A stretch of DNA of 64,000 nucleotides from an uncultured delta proteobacterium. Lineage in GTDB: Bacteria; Myxococcota_A; Polyangia; Polyangiales; Polyangiaceae. The translations under genes and the position numbers were made by a program. Under the pieces are notes generated by a model. That model saw only the letters and a program-made list of their open reading frames with translations. It did no database searches and was not told where the DNA came from. The stretch lies in contig CAWDXG010000004.1 in NCBI GenBank assembly GCA_963806225.1, positions 3,904,001 to 3,968,000 of the forward strand, given 5' to 3'. Below are positions 11,281 to 21,457 of the stretch, piece after piece; the first letter of the stretch is position 1, and each line of letters begins with the position of its first letter.

Positions 11281-12474
11281 ATGCGTGCGATCCTCCGCTC
11301 GCGCTTGCTGGGCGTGGCGTCCCTGTCCGCCGCCCTGGCGGGCTGCGGGGCGTCGCCCGAGCACCCGCCGCGCGCGGGCAGCGGCTTCGACGGGGGAAGC
11401 AGCGGCGGAGCGTCTTTCGACGCCGGCGGGCGCGACGGGCCGCCCAGTCTCGACGCCGGTGATCTGTGCGGCAACCAGATTATCCCGGCCGTGCAGAGCC
11501 GGCCGAATCTCTACTTCGTTCTCGACCGCTCGGGCAGCATGGCCGACCCCCTGCCGGGCAGCATCTACAACAAGTATGTCAACGCGCGCCTTGCGCTCAA
11601 GGATCTGCTGCTGGCCGTCGGCCACCGGGTCCAGTACGGCGCGGCTGTGTTCCCCGCCCCCGGCGCGTCGCCGGCGGGTTGTTCAGCGGGAGCCGAGGTC
11701 TTTTCCACCCGCGCAGGCGATCCACCGAGCTACGCGGCCCACGGCGAGATAGGTCCCGTGCTGTCCTCGCTCCTGGCGCGGCTTGCAAAGTACTCGCCGG
11801 ACGGGGGGACGCCCGTGTCCTCGACGCTGGAAGCGCTCGCCCCGACGCTGCTCGGGCTCCAGGGCGACACCTACGTCGTCCTGGCGACCGACGGCGCGCC
11901 GAACTGCGACGCGCAGGCGAGCTGCGCTACGGACGAGTGCATGCTCAACCTGGCCGGAACGACGATCGGAACGCAGCAGTGCGACGCCAGCTTCAACTGC
12001 TGCGACCCCGCCAATGTGCAGAACGGACAGCTGCAGTGCGTGGACGGACCGGCGAGCATCGCTGCAGTCCAGAAGCTCGCCGCCGCGGGCGTGAAGACCT
12101 ACGTCATCGGCATGCCCGGCAGCGAGCTTTTCTCGTCCGTGCTCGACAGCCTGGCGGTCGCCGGGGGCGAAGCGCGCCCCGGCTCGCCGCGCTACTACCC
12201 CGTCAAGAACACCTCGGACCTGACCGACACGCTAAGGAAAATCGGCGTGGACGTTGCCATCAGCTGCGACATCTCGCTCGATTCGGCGCCGCCCGACCCG
12301 AACCTGGTCAACGTCTATTTCGACCAGAGGCTGGTGCCGTCGAGTCCGACCGACGGCTGGGTCTGGACGGACAGCACGTCGATCCAGCTGCGAGGGGCCG
12401 CCTGCGACGAGCTCTTGAGTGGCGCAGTGCTGCAGGTGCAGGTCGTCGCCGGATGCCCCACAACCGTCCGGTAG
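11281..12474 (+). CDS. von Willebrand factor A domain lipoprotein (CglB-like, Cys-rich)
   Basis: Lipobox LAG-C; MIDAS VLDRSGSM; GGTP; VVLATDGAPNC; KTYVIG. Confidence 0.85.
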   Translation: MRAILRSRLLGVASLSAALAGCGASPEHPPRAGSGFDGGSSGGASFDAGGRDGPPSLDAGDLCGNQIIPAVQSRPNLYFVLDRSGSMADPLPGSIYNKYVNARLALKDLLLAVGHRVQYGAAVFPAPGASPAGCSAGAEVFSTRAGDPPSYAAHGEIGPVLSSLLARLAKYSPDGGTPVSSTLEALAPTLLGLQGDTYVVLATDGAPNCDAQASCATDECMLNLAGTTIGTQQCDASFNCCDPANVQNGQLQCVDGPASIAAVQKLAAAGVKTYVIGMPGSELFSSVLDSLAVAGGEARPGSPRYYPVKNTSDLTDTLRKIGVDVAISCDISLDSAPPDPNLVNVYFDQRLVPSSPTDGWVWTDSTSIQLRGAACDELLSGAVLQVQVVAGCPTTVR

Positions 12475-12521
12475 GGGACACGCCGCTCGCGCCTACCAGC
12501 AGTGGCGGCTAGCATAGCAGC

Positions 12522-12806
12522 GTGACCTCCGAGCCGGATATCGACGGGCTGCGCCGGGAGATTGATCGAATCGACCAGCAGCTTCTGGAACTGTTCGCGG
12601 CGCGCGTACGCGCCGTGCTCTCGGTCGGCGACTACAAGCGCGCCCGCGGCATCCCGGTCTACGACCCGGAGCGCGAGCGAAGTCTGCTCGACAGCCTGTG
12701 CCGCGCCACCGAGCCTCCGCTCGATGCGGACACGGTTCGCCGGCTGTTCGAACGCGTCATCGACGAGTCCCGCCGTATCGAGCAACATCACGTGAACCGG
12801 CGCTAG
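12522..12806 (+). CDS. Chorismate mutase, AroQ class, stand-alone
   Basis: LRREIDRIDQQLLELFAARVRAVLSVGDYK and PVYDPERERSLL signatures. Confidence 0.9.
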   Translation: MTSEPDIDGLRREIDRIDQQLLELFAARVRAVLSVGDYKRARGIPVYDPERERSLLDSLCRATEPPLDADTVRRLFERVIDESRRIEQHHVNRR

Positions 12807-12853
12807 GCGCCGTGTCCGGGGCAGACAGCGGACGCACGGTCCAGAACGGCCGC

Positions 12854-13657
12854 CTATTTCGCCGGCGCCGCGTCGAAGTCGAAGGTGACCGGGGCGTTCG
12901 GGGCTACCTTCTGGCCGAGCGCACCGAGGGTCTTGGCCGCGAGCTTCTCGAACGTTTCGCGTGGCTTGATGTCGTGGGCTTCCAGGCCCACCTCGACGGG
13001 CGCCGCAGTCTCGACGTGGACCCCGACGGGCTTGTCGCCGCTGAACTTGAATGTCGCTGCCAGCTTGGCGGTCTTCTTCACCTTGCGCCCGTGCAGGCGG
13101 AAGTCGCCCGTCACGGTCAGCGTGATCTTTCTCTCGTTGCCCTTCATGGCGAGCACGTTCTTGTGCGAGGCACTGGCCACCTTGTCGAGCTTGAACTCGA
13201 CGTAGCGATTCGACTTTCGCATCGCCTCGGGCGCGTCGTCGGAGATCTGCAGCCAGGTCCGCATGTGCTCGTTCTGCCGGTCGTTCTTCGTCTCGTCACC
13301 GAACTTGGCGTGATCGGTCTCGCGCTTTGCGTGGTAGAGGGCGAGCTTGTCGAGATCCACCTTGATGAGGCCGTTGCTCCGGGTGATGTCCGACAGGTCG
13401 AGATACAAGTCGCCTGAAACCGAGGCCGGCGCCTTGCCGTGGATGCGCTCGATCGGCGCCGCCATCAGGAAGTCGACATTGCTGGACTTCGTCTCGACCT
13501 CGAACTTCGCCGAGACCTTGGAGTGCGGCTTGGCGGGAGCCAGCGACGAGGACACCGGCGCCAGATTGCCGGAGGGCTTGTCGTCACATCCGGCGATACC
13601 GAGCCCAACCACGGCCGAAAGCCCCACCGCCACCCACTTCATGCTGCCATTCCGCAT
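12854..13657 (-). CDS. YceI-like (lipid/polyisoprenoid-binding) lipoprotein
   Basis: GAGGAG RBS; lipobox IAG-C; beta-barrel pattern SNVDFLMAAPIERIHG...VTGDFRLHG. Confidence 0.7.
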   Translation of the reverse strand: MRNGSMKWVAVGLSAVVGLGIAGCDDKPSGNLAPVSSSLAPAKPHSKVSAKFEVETKSSNVDFLMAAPIERIHGKAPASVSGDLYLDLSDITRSNGLIKVDLDKLALYHAKRETDHAKFGDETKNDRQNEHMRTWLQISDDAPEAMRKSNRYVEFKLDKVASASHKNVLAMKGNERKITLTVTGDFRLHGRKVKKTAKLAATFKFSGDKPVGVHVETAAPVEVGLEAHDIKPRETFEKLAAKTLGALGQKVAPNAPVTFDFDAAPAK

Positions 13658-13758
13658 CGTCTCTCCTCGCTGCTCAGCACGTAGTACGGGCGCCGCGGCA
13701 CATGGTTTCAGCCCCTCGTTCTGCCCGGGAGCGCGCGTCCTCGAGCCCGGAGCCGGCC

Positions 13759-16062
13759 TCAGGGAGCCAGAATCGCCGAGCCCCACGGCCCGAGCGTCAC
13801 GCTGATTTTCCCGCCGTTGACGCTCACGTCGGGTCCCCCCAGACGGTCGTGCAGCGTCGTGCCGTTGGCGAGCGGCAGGCTCGCGGGCAGCGGCACGTCC
13901 GTGGTCGACTGCGACGTGTTCTTGCTGAGCGCGACGATCGCGACCTTGTTGTCGGTGGTGACGCGGGCGTACGCCAGGAAGGGGTCGGTCGCGAGCAACG
14001 TCTCGTAGTCGCCGCGGCGCAGCGCCACCAACTGCTCGCGCGCCTGTCCGAGCTTCTGCGTGTGGGCCAGCTCCATCTTCTCATTGGCGCTCAGCGAACC
14101 GGAGTCGCCCCGCCACATGGCGCGGTTGCCGGGGTCCACGCCGCCCCACTGGCCGTACTCGTCGCCATAGTAGAGCAGCGGCGCACCCGGCAGCGTGAGC
14201 AGCCACGACAGCGCGAGCTCCTCGCGCTGGTAGGGCTCGATGTCCGGCGGCGGACCGGCGACGTTGGTCCACTGGTTGCCGGGGATGCTGCCGTCGTAGC
14301 CCGGCTGGCCGCGATAGGTGGCGAGGGTGATGAAGCGCGCCGTGTCGTGACTGCCGATGAACGGCGTCATGATGGCGTCCTTCGGGTACTCGCTCAGGCT
14401 CGCCTTGGTCCAGAAGTCGGCGTGGATCAGGCCGTGGTCGTCGTTAGCGAAGACGCGGTACGGCACCGAGTGGTAGAGGACGAAGTCGAACTGCCCGTCG
14501 AGCTTGTGCGTGCCGATGTACGAGCTGATGGGGTCGTACTGGTTCGAGTTGCACGCAACCGATCCGCAGTCGTTCCAGCCCATCGCGGTCTCGCCGGTGA
14601 GGAAGTAGCGCGTGCCAGCCGCCTCGAACTCGTTGTGGATCTTCGTCGAGAGGTTCGTCACCGCAACCTCCTCGACGTGCTTGACCGCGTCCACGCGCAG
14701 ACCGTCGAGGTCGAAGGTGTCCAGCCACCACACCGCGTCGCTGACGATCTGGTGCGCCGCGTCGGTCACCGTCCAGTTCACGTCGGGCAGGTAGTCGGCG
14801 AACAGGCAGGAGAGTCGATGCGAGGTCCAGTCGCAACCCGACGTGCCGCACACGCAACCAGTGCGGAACCAGTCCGGGTGCGCCGAGAAGTACTCGTGCT
14901 CCTTGTGCACGTGGTTCACGACGAAGTCCATGAGCACGCGGATGCCGTGCTTGTGCGCTTCGGTCACCATCGCGTGCAGAGCCTTTTCGCCGCCGATGCG
15001 CGGATCGACCGCCCGCGCGCGGATCGGCCAGTAGCCGTGATAGCCGGTGACCATGTGCGTGCCGTCCGACGCCAGGTATGGATCCTGGGGATTGGTCTGG
15101 TACGGCGTCAGCCACAGCGCCCGCACACCGAGCTTGTCCAGCGTGCCGTCGGCGATCTTGGCGCGCACGCCCTGCAGATCGCCGCCCTTCCAGTCCGTAC
15201 GCGGGTCCTGCACGCCCGGGGTGGGCGGGGCGTTGTTCGACGGGTCGCCGTCCTTGAAGCGGTCGGTGACGATCATGTAGATGAGCGCGTCCCGCCACTC
15301 GAAGGCGTCGGCCTCGACCCAGAACACCAGCCTGAGCGGCTCGGCCACCTTCTTGCCCTTGGTATCGGCGGCTGTAAGCTCGATCGTGTACTTGCCGTCC
15401 GAAAGCGTTCCCACGTCGATACCGATGCTGCCCTTCTTCGCGTCGATCGAGAGCGCGGAGGCGTCCACGGGGCTCGTCTTGTCCTGGTAGCGCAGCGTGG
15501 CGCTCACGCTCTTCGGGTCGAGCGCGGTGCCGCTGACGGGCGGCACGTAGCTCACCTCTGCCGTGAAATGTCCGGCGCCTGCCGCGCTGCGCTCGGTCTT
15601 GTGGGAGTCCACCTTCAGCGAAGGTAGCGTGCAGTCTGGGACCTCGACCGCGGAGTTCTCGGTGCCGTCGACGTACTTGCGGTAGCCCTGCTCCGGGTCG
15701 AGCTGCCAGTTGTCACCGTCGAGCACCAGCTTGTAGCCCCAGAAACCAGGCTCGAGCTTCAGCGTGATGTCGTAGCCGCCGCTCGCGTCGGGGCCCTGCA
15801 TCTCGTCCTGGGTCTTGTCGAAGCTGTTCCACTCGCCGGCCACGGCGACGCTGGCCACGGTGGTTCCCGCAGGCGGCTGGTAGTGGAAGGTCGTCGGGCA
15901 CAGCACCCCTGACCCGGTGCCACCCGAGCCGGCGAAGCCATGCGGGCCTTGCGGCGGCGCGTCGGATGAACATCCGGCGCCCAAGCCCAGAAGCAGGGCC
16001 AGTAGCACGACCACGGTGGACCCCAGCGCGCGGCGCCACGTGGGGAAAGCAAGAGAAGGCAC
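13759..16062 (-). CDS. GH13 alpha-amylase family lipoprotein with N-terminal CBM48-like domain
   Basis: Lipobox GAG-C; VAVAGEWNSF (CBM48); IYMIVTDRF, YHGYWP, DFVVNH, GLRVDAVKH, GE, FIGSHD (catalytic D/E/D all present), LYYGDE. Confidence 0.92.
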   Translation of the reverse strand: MPSLAFPTWRRALGSTVVVLLALLLGLGAGCSSDAPPQGPHGFAGSGGTGSGVLCPTTFHYQPPAGTTVASVAVAGEWNSFDKTQDEMQGPDASGGYDITLKLEPGFWGYKLVLDGDNWQLDPEQGYRKYVDGTENSAVEVPDCTLPSLKVDSHKTERSAAGAGHFTAEVSYVPPVSGTALDPKSVSATLRYQDKTSPVDASALSIDAKKGSIGIDVGTLSDGKYTIELTAADTKGKKVAEPLRLVFWVEADAFEWRDALIYMIVTDRFKDGDPSNNAPPTPGVQDPRTDWKGGDLQGVRAKIADGTLDKLGVRALWLTPYQTNPQDPYLASDGTHMVTGYHGYWPIRARAVDPRIGGEKALHAMVTEAHKHGIRVLMDFVVNHVHKEHEYFSAHPDWFRTGCVCGTSGCDWTSHRLSCLFADYLPDVNWTVTDAAHQIVSDAVWWLDTFDLDGLRVDAVKHVEEVAVTNLSTKIHNEFEAAGTRYFLTGETAMGWNDCGSVACNSNQYDPISSYIGTHKLDGQFDFVLYHSVPYRVFANDDHGLIHADFWTKASLSEYPKDAIMTPFIGSHDTARFITLATYRGQPGYDGSIPGNQWTNVAGPPPDIEPYQREELALSWLLTLPGAPLLYYGDEYGQWGGVDPGNRAMWRGDSGSLSANEKMELAHTQKLGQAREQLVALRRGDYETLLATDPFLAYARVTTDNKVAIVALSKNTSQSTTDVPLPASLPLANGTTLHDRLGGPDVSVNGGKISVTLGPWGSAILAP

Positions 16063-16205
16063 GAAGGCTAGATTACCGCAAACCCGGGCCAGACACCGGC
16101 GCCCCGGCGGGGGCCGGAGCGGAGCTCGCCGCCTCCGCTGTCGAGGTTGTGACGACCCCTCGGATTTCCCTTATTGCGGCCTGGATTGTCTCGGAGAGGA
16201 TCTGG

Positions 16206-16793
16206 ATGATGACTGTTCTTGCCCTACGCCATATCGAGCCCGACCCGCCGGCCGACCGGAACAAGCGCGAAGTATCCGACGACGAAATCGAGCTGCTGCG
16301 CGGAGCGCTGGTGATCGCACTGAATGCGATCCCGACAGCGGCTTTCGTCACACGCCACACCGGAGACGTCCTCTTGGCCAACGCCCGGGGCCGGGAGTGG
16401 CTCGCGTCCAGCCCGGACGAGCTGACCGGGCTACTCGCGGCAGCCGTGAGCTCCGCCGGACAGCCCGGAGACGATGACGTGTTCCAGGTCTCGCCCATCC
16501 GCGCCGGCACGGCAACGCGATCCTATGTCGTTGTCGAGCGCTCCAGCGACAGCGACAGCGAGCGTCGGGTGGCAGCTGCGGCCAATCGCTGGCAGCTCAC
16601 CCGCGCCGAATCCCGCGTGTTCCGCCGGCTCGCGGGTGGCATCTCGAACAAGGCCATTGCGCGCGATCTCGACTGTTCGGTGCGGACCGTCGAGCTGCAC
16701 GTCTCGGCGATCCTGAAGAAGGCCCACTCCAGGAGCCGCGCGGAACTGATCGTCAAGCTGTGGGGCCACTCGCTGGACGCTCAGCGAGGCTGA
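16206..16793 (+). CDS. LuxR-family HTH transcriptional regulator with PAS-like N-terminus
   Basis: LTRAESRVFRRLAGGISNKAIARDLDCSVRTVELHVSAILKK; GGAGAGG RBS. Confidence 0.88.
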   Translation: MMTVLALRHIEPDPPADRNKREVSDDEIELLRGALVIALNAIPTAAFVTRHTGDVLLANARGREWLASSPDELTGLLAAAVSSAGQPGDDDVFQVSPIRAGTATRSYVVVERSSDSDSERRVAAAANRWQLTRAESRVFRRLAGGISNKAIARDLDCSVRTVELHVSAILKKAHSRSRAELIVKLWGHSLDAQRG

Positions 16794-17833
16794 CGGTCAG
16801 TGGCGGCGTGCCGCGCGCTGCGCCAGGCTTCGGGCGACGTGTCGGTCCAACGCTTGAATGCGCGATGGAACGCGCTGGGATCCGAGTAGCCCAGGAGCCA
16901 GGAGAGCTCCGCGATGGCGACGCCCGCTTCGAGGAAGTAGAGGGCCTGCTGTCGGCGCACCTCGTCCAACTGCGCGTGCAGCGACGTGCCCTCCTCCCCG
17001 AGGCGGCGCTGCAGCGTGCGGGGGCTCATGTGCAGCTGCTGGGCCAACTGCTCGAGCAACACCCGGCCCTCGGGCAGCTGCTTTCTCAATAGCGCGCGCA
17101 CCCGGCCGACGACGCTGCTCTCGCCGGGGATCTGCTCGAGCTTGTCGCGGGTATAGCGGTCGAAGAAGCTGCACAGCGCCGCGTTGGCGTCCGGCAGCGG
17201 CAACTCGAGCAGACGCGCCGGGAAGCGCACCTCGTCGAACGCGGCACCGAATTCGATCGGCACGCCGAACACGCGCGCGTACTCGGCCGCTTCGGGCGGC
17301 TGCTCGTGGCGGAAGCGCACACACTCGAACTCGAGGCCCGGGATGTAGCGCGAGCCGTTGACCACGAAGTCGCAGAACGACATCTGGGCCATCTGCACGT
17401 GGGCCGGGCGCGGCGGGCCGTACTGTTCGTACGTCACACGGACGCGCTCGCCCTCGACGAACATCTCGTAGTGCTCGCCCTCGGCCCACATGCGTTGGTA
17501 GCGGAAAACCCGGTCGAGCACCGCGCCGAAGGTCGGGCTCGTGATCATGAGGAAGCCGAGCGCGTCCATGTCCTCGAGCTCGAGGCTCGTGGCGAAGTGC
17601 AGCCCGAGGCACGCATCGCCCGTGGCTTCGCGAGCCGCTTCGATCCCGTCGTACACGGCCGTCAGCGGGACGCGGCCGTCCGGATCGGCCAGATCAGCCT
17701 CGCTCAGCCGGGCGGCTTCCAGCATGACCTCGCGGACGGTGCCGCGCTTCTCCACGTAGTCGACGAACAGCGCGGCCAGCCTCGCCCACGCCGTGGGCCC
17801 GGTGGCTGCTCCTCGCTTCGAAACCGACGCCAT
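16781..17833 (-). CDS. AraC-family transcriptional regulator (arabinose-binding-2-type N-domain)
   Basis: LAQQLHMSPRTLQRRL and LLGYSDPSAFHRAFKRWT. Divergent from the transporter operon. Alternative start at 17869. Confidence 0.92.
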   Translation of the reverse strand: MASVSKRGAATGPTAWARLAALFVDYVEKRGTVREVMLEAARLSEADLADPDGRVPLTAVYDGIEAAREATGDACLGLHFATSLELEDMDALGFLMITSPTFGAVLDRVFRYQRMWAEGEHYEMFVEGERVRVTYEQYGPPRPAHVQMAQMSFCDFVVNGSRYIPGLEFECVRFRHEQPPEAAEYARVFGVPIEFGAAFDEVRFPARLLELPLPDANAALCSFFDRYTRDKLEQIPGESSVVGRVRALLRKQLPEGRVLLEQLAQQLHMSPRTLQRRLGEEGTSLHAQLDEVRRQQALYFLEAGVAIAELSWLLGYSDPSAFHRAFKRWTDTSPEAWRSARHAATDRQPR

Positions 17834-17913
17834 AAATGACGGGGCGCAGAGTATCAGCCCTTTTGGCATGGATCATCAGTGCCAGCGGCGGGCGGGCGAC
17901 CTAGGTTGTCGAC

Positions 17914-18732
17914 ATGCAGCTGGAAACGAGCCCCCGCGTCGAGAAGGTCCGCGGCTGGGCGCTGGCCGTGGTGGCGCTCTTCGTGGCGCTCGCGGTCGCG
18001 GCGCCCGCTTCGGCCGCCAAGTCCATCACGGAGCTGGTCCACCGGGCGGACCACGTCCTCCGCGGCAAGACCACCGCAGCACTCCTGACGATGCACGTGC
18101 ACACCAAGAGCTACGACCGGACCTACAGCATGGTGTACTGGGGCGACGAGCGGAGCAGCAAGAGCCGTGCTCTGATCAAGGTGCTCGGTCCGGCGCGCTG
18201 GCGGGGTCACGGGACGCTCAAGATCGGCGGACGCCTGTCGCTCTATGATCCGTCCAGCGATCGCGTCACGGTGCTGTCGAGCTCGATGCTGGGCGACAAC
18301 TGGATGGGCAGCCACTTCACCAACGACGACCTGGTGAAGGAAACGGATCTGGCCAAGGACTACGTCGCCCACATGGAAAAGACGTGGGTGGCCAACGCGG
18401 ACGGGAAACCGGCGCGCTACTACCGCGTCAAGCTCGACCCCACGCCGCGGGCCCCCGTCGCATGGAACCACATCACCGTCCAGCTGTACGAACAGGGCTC
18501 GCACGTGATCCCGACTCGCGAGGAATACTACCGCCGCGCCGGCCAGAAGACACCCACACGCACCCTCACCATGAGCGACGTGAAGGACATGGGCGGAAGG
18601 CTGGTACCGACGAAGCTCGTGATGCACGTCGCGGCCAAGCCCGGCGAATATACGGAGCTCTCCTACAAGAAGGTCCGCTTCGACGCCAACGTTCCGGCAA
18701 GCAAGTTCACCGAACAGGCACTCCGCCAGTAG
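17914..18732 (+). CDS. Outer-membrane lipoprotein-sorting (LolA-like) periplasmic protein
   Basis: Signal peptide; WMGSHFTNDDL motif; C-terminal FTEQALR; first gene of an ABC operon. Confidence 0.8.
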   Translation: MQLETSPRVEKVRGWALAVVALFVALAVAAPASAAKSITELVHRADHVLRGKTTAALLTMHVHTKSYDRTYSMVYWGDERSSKSRALIKVLGPARWRGHGTLKIGGRLSLYDPSSDRVTVLSSSMLGDNWMGSHFTNDDLVKETDLAKDYVAHMEKTWVANADGKPARYYRVKLDPTPRAPVAWNHITVQLYEQGSHVIPTREEYYRRAGQKTPTRTLTMSDVKDMGGRLVPTKLVMHVAAKPGEYTELSYKKVRFDANVPASKFTEQALRQ

Positions 18733-18738
18733 GGTCGC

Positions 18739-20193
18739 ATGACCAACAGTCTTGGCCTGTTGCTCGCGATTGCGTGGCGCAATCTCGGCCGCAACCGCCG
18801 GCGCACGCTGATCGCCGGTGCGGGCATCGCGCTCGGAGTCGGCATGTGCATCGCGAGCTTCGGCGTGATGGACGGCATGAGCACCGACATGGTGCGCTCC
18901 ATCACGGACGTGCAGCTCGGCCACATCCAGGTGCACGAACCCGGCTTCTCGGCGCGCCCCAAACTGGAGCTCGCGTTCGACAAGGCGACCGGCCGCACTC
19001 GCGCCGCCGAGCACACCCGCGGCGTCGAGGCGGTCAGCCCGCGGGTGCTCGGCTGGGCACTCGCCAGCACCCGGCGGCAATCAACCGGCGTCCAGCTCGT
19101 GGGAGTCGATCCCGCGCGCGAGGCGAAGCTGACGAAGCTCGATCGGCGTGTCTCGAAGGGGCGCTACCTGCCCCAAGCAGCGACGCCCTGGCCGGCAGCC
19201 AGGAAGCTGGACCGGAAGCAGAGAAAGCTCGACCAGCAGCTGACCCAGGGCGAGACCGAGCGGGCTGAAGCCGAGATCGAGGCGCTGGCGGGCGGCGGGG
19301 CTACCGACGAGCCCGGCGAGAAGCTCCCCAGCGCGCAGAAGCTCCGGACCAGCACCCAGGAGCTGCTCCAACAGGTGGCGCCGAAACCCGATTCGCCACC
19401 TCCGCTCCTGCTGGGCGACAAGCTGGCCCGCAAGCTCCAGGCCAAGCCGGGCACGCGCGTCAGCCTGATGGCGCAGAACCTCGACGGTGATCCGGTGAAC
19501 GTCGAATTCCGCGTGGTCGGCATCCTGCACACCGGCGACAGGGCGCTCGACAGCGTCCGGGCCGTCGGCAACCTCGCAGACGTGCAGCGACTGCTCGCTC
19601 TGGGCGACCGCGCGCACGAGCTGGCGATCCGTCTGCGCGATCCCGCGACCGCGGCGTCCGTGGCCCAGTCCCTGGCGGCGGAACCTGCCTTCAAGGGGCT
19701 CGACGTAAAGACGTGGACCGAGCTCCGGCCGGACGTGGTCGCGATGGTGCAGACCAACAGCGTGATGACTGCGGTGATGGTCGCGATCATCTTCGCGATC
19801 GCCGCCATCGGCGTGGCAGACGCTATCCTGATGGCGGTGTTCGAGCGGCACCGCGAGCTCGGCATGCTCAAGGCGGTCGGCATGCGCCCAGCGTCCATCG
19901 TGCTGATGGTGACGACCGAGACCTTCCTGCTCGGGCTGGGCGCCTCGCTGGCGGGGCTCCTCCTGGGCGTCGGCATCGACCTGTACATCGGGCACTACGG
20001 CATCCCACTCGGCGGCTTGAGCAGCACCACCCTGGCCGGCGCAACCATTCCGCCGGTGCTGCACGCGACCATTACAGCGGAGGGCGTGCTTCTGCCGCTG
20101 GTCATGATGGTGTTGATGGCGCTCCTGGCGGCGCTCTGGCCAGCCTTCGTCGCGGCGCGCACGCAGCCCGTCGTTGCCATGAGGGAGCGGTAG
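18739..20193 (+). CDS. ABC transporter permease, LolC/E-FtsX-MacB family, with a periplasmic insertion
   Basis: IAWRNLGRNRRRTL; MAVFERHRELGMLKAVG; four TM segments. Confidence 0.9.
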   Translation: MTNSLGLLLAIAWRNLGRNRRRTLIAGAGIALGVGMCIASFGVMDGMSTDMVRSITDVQLGHIQVHEPGFSARPKLELAFDKATGRTRAAEHTRGVEAVSPRVLGWALASTRRQSTGVQLVGVDPAREAKLTKLDRRVSKGRYLPQAATPWPAARKLDRKQRKLDQQLTQGETERAEAEIEALAGGGATDEPGEKLPSAQKLRTSTQELLQQVAPKPDSPPPLLLGDKLARKLQAKPGTRVSLMAQNLDGDPVNVEFRVVGILHTGDRALDSVRAVGNLADVQRLLALGDRAHELAIRLRDPATAASVAQSLAAEPAFKGLDVKTWTELRPDVVAMVQTNSVMTAVMVAIIFAIAAIGVADAILMAVFERHRELGMLKAVGMRPASIVLMVTTETFLLGLGASLAGLLLGVGIDLYIGHYGIPLGGLSSTTLAGATIPPVLHATITAEGVLLPLVMMVLMALLAALWPAFVAARTQPVVAMRER

Positions 20194-20197
20194 AAAG

Positions 20198-21457
20198 ATG
20201 GTCTTCCGGCTGGCTTTCAGGAACTCGCTCAGGAACCGGCGCCGCACGCTGCTCACCGCCATCGCGATCTCGCTGTCCTTCGCGCTGCTGCTCGTCTTCC
20301 TCGGAATCGGCGACGGCGTGCACGAGAAGATGGCCGAGATCGGCGTCAGCATGGGCCTGGGCGACGTGGTGGTGCACGCCGAGGGCTACAGCGACGACCC
20401 CACCCTCGATCGCCTGGTAGAGAACCCCGACGCGATCGAAAAGGCGATGCTCGGCGTGCCGGGAGTGCTGCACGTCGCCCCCCGCCTGCGCACGGATGCG
20501 TTGCTCACCGCCGGCGCTACCAGCGTCGGCGTCGCGCTTTCCGGCGTGGACCCGGCCGTCGAACGCCAGGTCTCGAAGATCGACACTCCGGAAGCGATGA
20601 TCGCCGGTCGCGCCCTCGCGCCCCGGAAGGGCCCACGCCCGAGAAGCGCCCTGCCGCCCGTCGTGATCGGCAAACAACTGGCCCACACGCTGGGCGTAGA
20701 AGTCGGCGATCGCGTCACGCTCACGCTGCGCCCGGCGGGCGGAGGCGACACGCGGAGCGGCGCCTACGAGGTGCACGGCATCTTCTCCACCGGCGTCCAG
20801 GAGTTCGATGCATTCTGGGCCGAAGTGCCGCTTCCGGACGCCCAGCGGCTCGCCGCGGCGGGGCACGGCGTCACCATGCTGGCCGCAATCCTCGGCAATA
20901 TCTCGGACACGCCGCAGGCGACCGCGCGGATCGAGAAGGCACTTTCAGGAAACAACGTGGAAGTGCTGCCATGGATGAAGGCGGCTCCCGACCTCTACGC
21001 TTTCATCGTCGTCGACGAAGGCGGCCTGTACGTGATGATGGCGATCGTGTTCGTGGTCGTGGCGGCCGGCATCCTGAACACGCTGTTGATGAGCGTGATG
21101 GAGCGCACGCGGGAGTTCGGGGTGATGCTGGCGCTCGGCACCACTCCGGGGCGCATCCTGGCTGTCGTGATGAGCGAAGCGTTCCTGCTCGGGCTCTTCG
21201 CCACCGCAGTGGGGTTGGGGCTGGGGCTGCTCGGCAACCACCACTTCGCGACCGTTGGCATCGACATCCAGCAGTGGATGGGCTCGGGCTCCGAGATGGG
21301 CGGCATCATGCTGCCGAAGCACCTCTACGCACACCTTTACCTGTCGAAAATCCTCTGGAGCTCCGGCATCATCCTCGGGCTGGTGATGCTTGGAGCGGTG
21401 TACCCCGCGCTGCGCGCAGCGCGGCTACAGCCCGTGGAGGCGATCCGCCATGAGTGA
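20198..21457 (+). CDS. ABC transporter permease, LolC/E-FtsX-MacB family
   Basis: LAFRNSLRNRRRTL; MSVMERTREFGVMLALG; YPALRAARLQPVEAIR. Confidence 0.92.
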   Translation: MVFRLAFRNSLRNRRRTLLTAIAISLSFALLLVFLGIGDGVHEKMAEIGVSMGLGDVVVHAEGYSDDPTLDRLVENPDAIEKAMLGVPGVLHVAPRLRTDALLTAGATSVGVALSGVDPAVERQVSKIDTPEAMIAGRALAPRKGPRPRSALPPVVIGKQLAHTLGVEVGDRVTLTLRPAGGGDTRSGAYEVHGIFSTGVQEFDAFWAEVPLPDAQRLAAAGHGVTMLAAILGNISDTPQATARIEKALSGNNVEVLPWMKAAPDLYAFIVVDEGGLYVMMAIVFVVVAAGILNTLLMSVMERTREFGVMLALGTTPGRILAVVMSEAFLLGLFATAVGLGLGLLGNHHFATVGIDIQQWMGSGSEMGGIMLPKHLYAHLYLSKILWSSGIILGLVMLGAVYPALRAARLQPVEAIRHE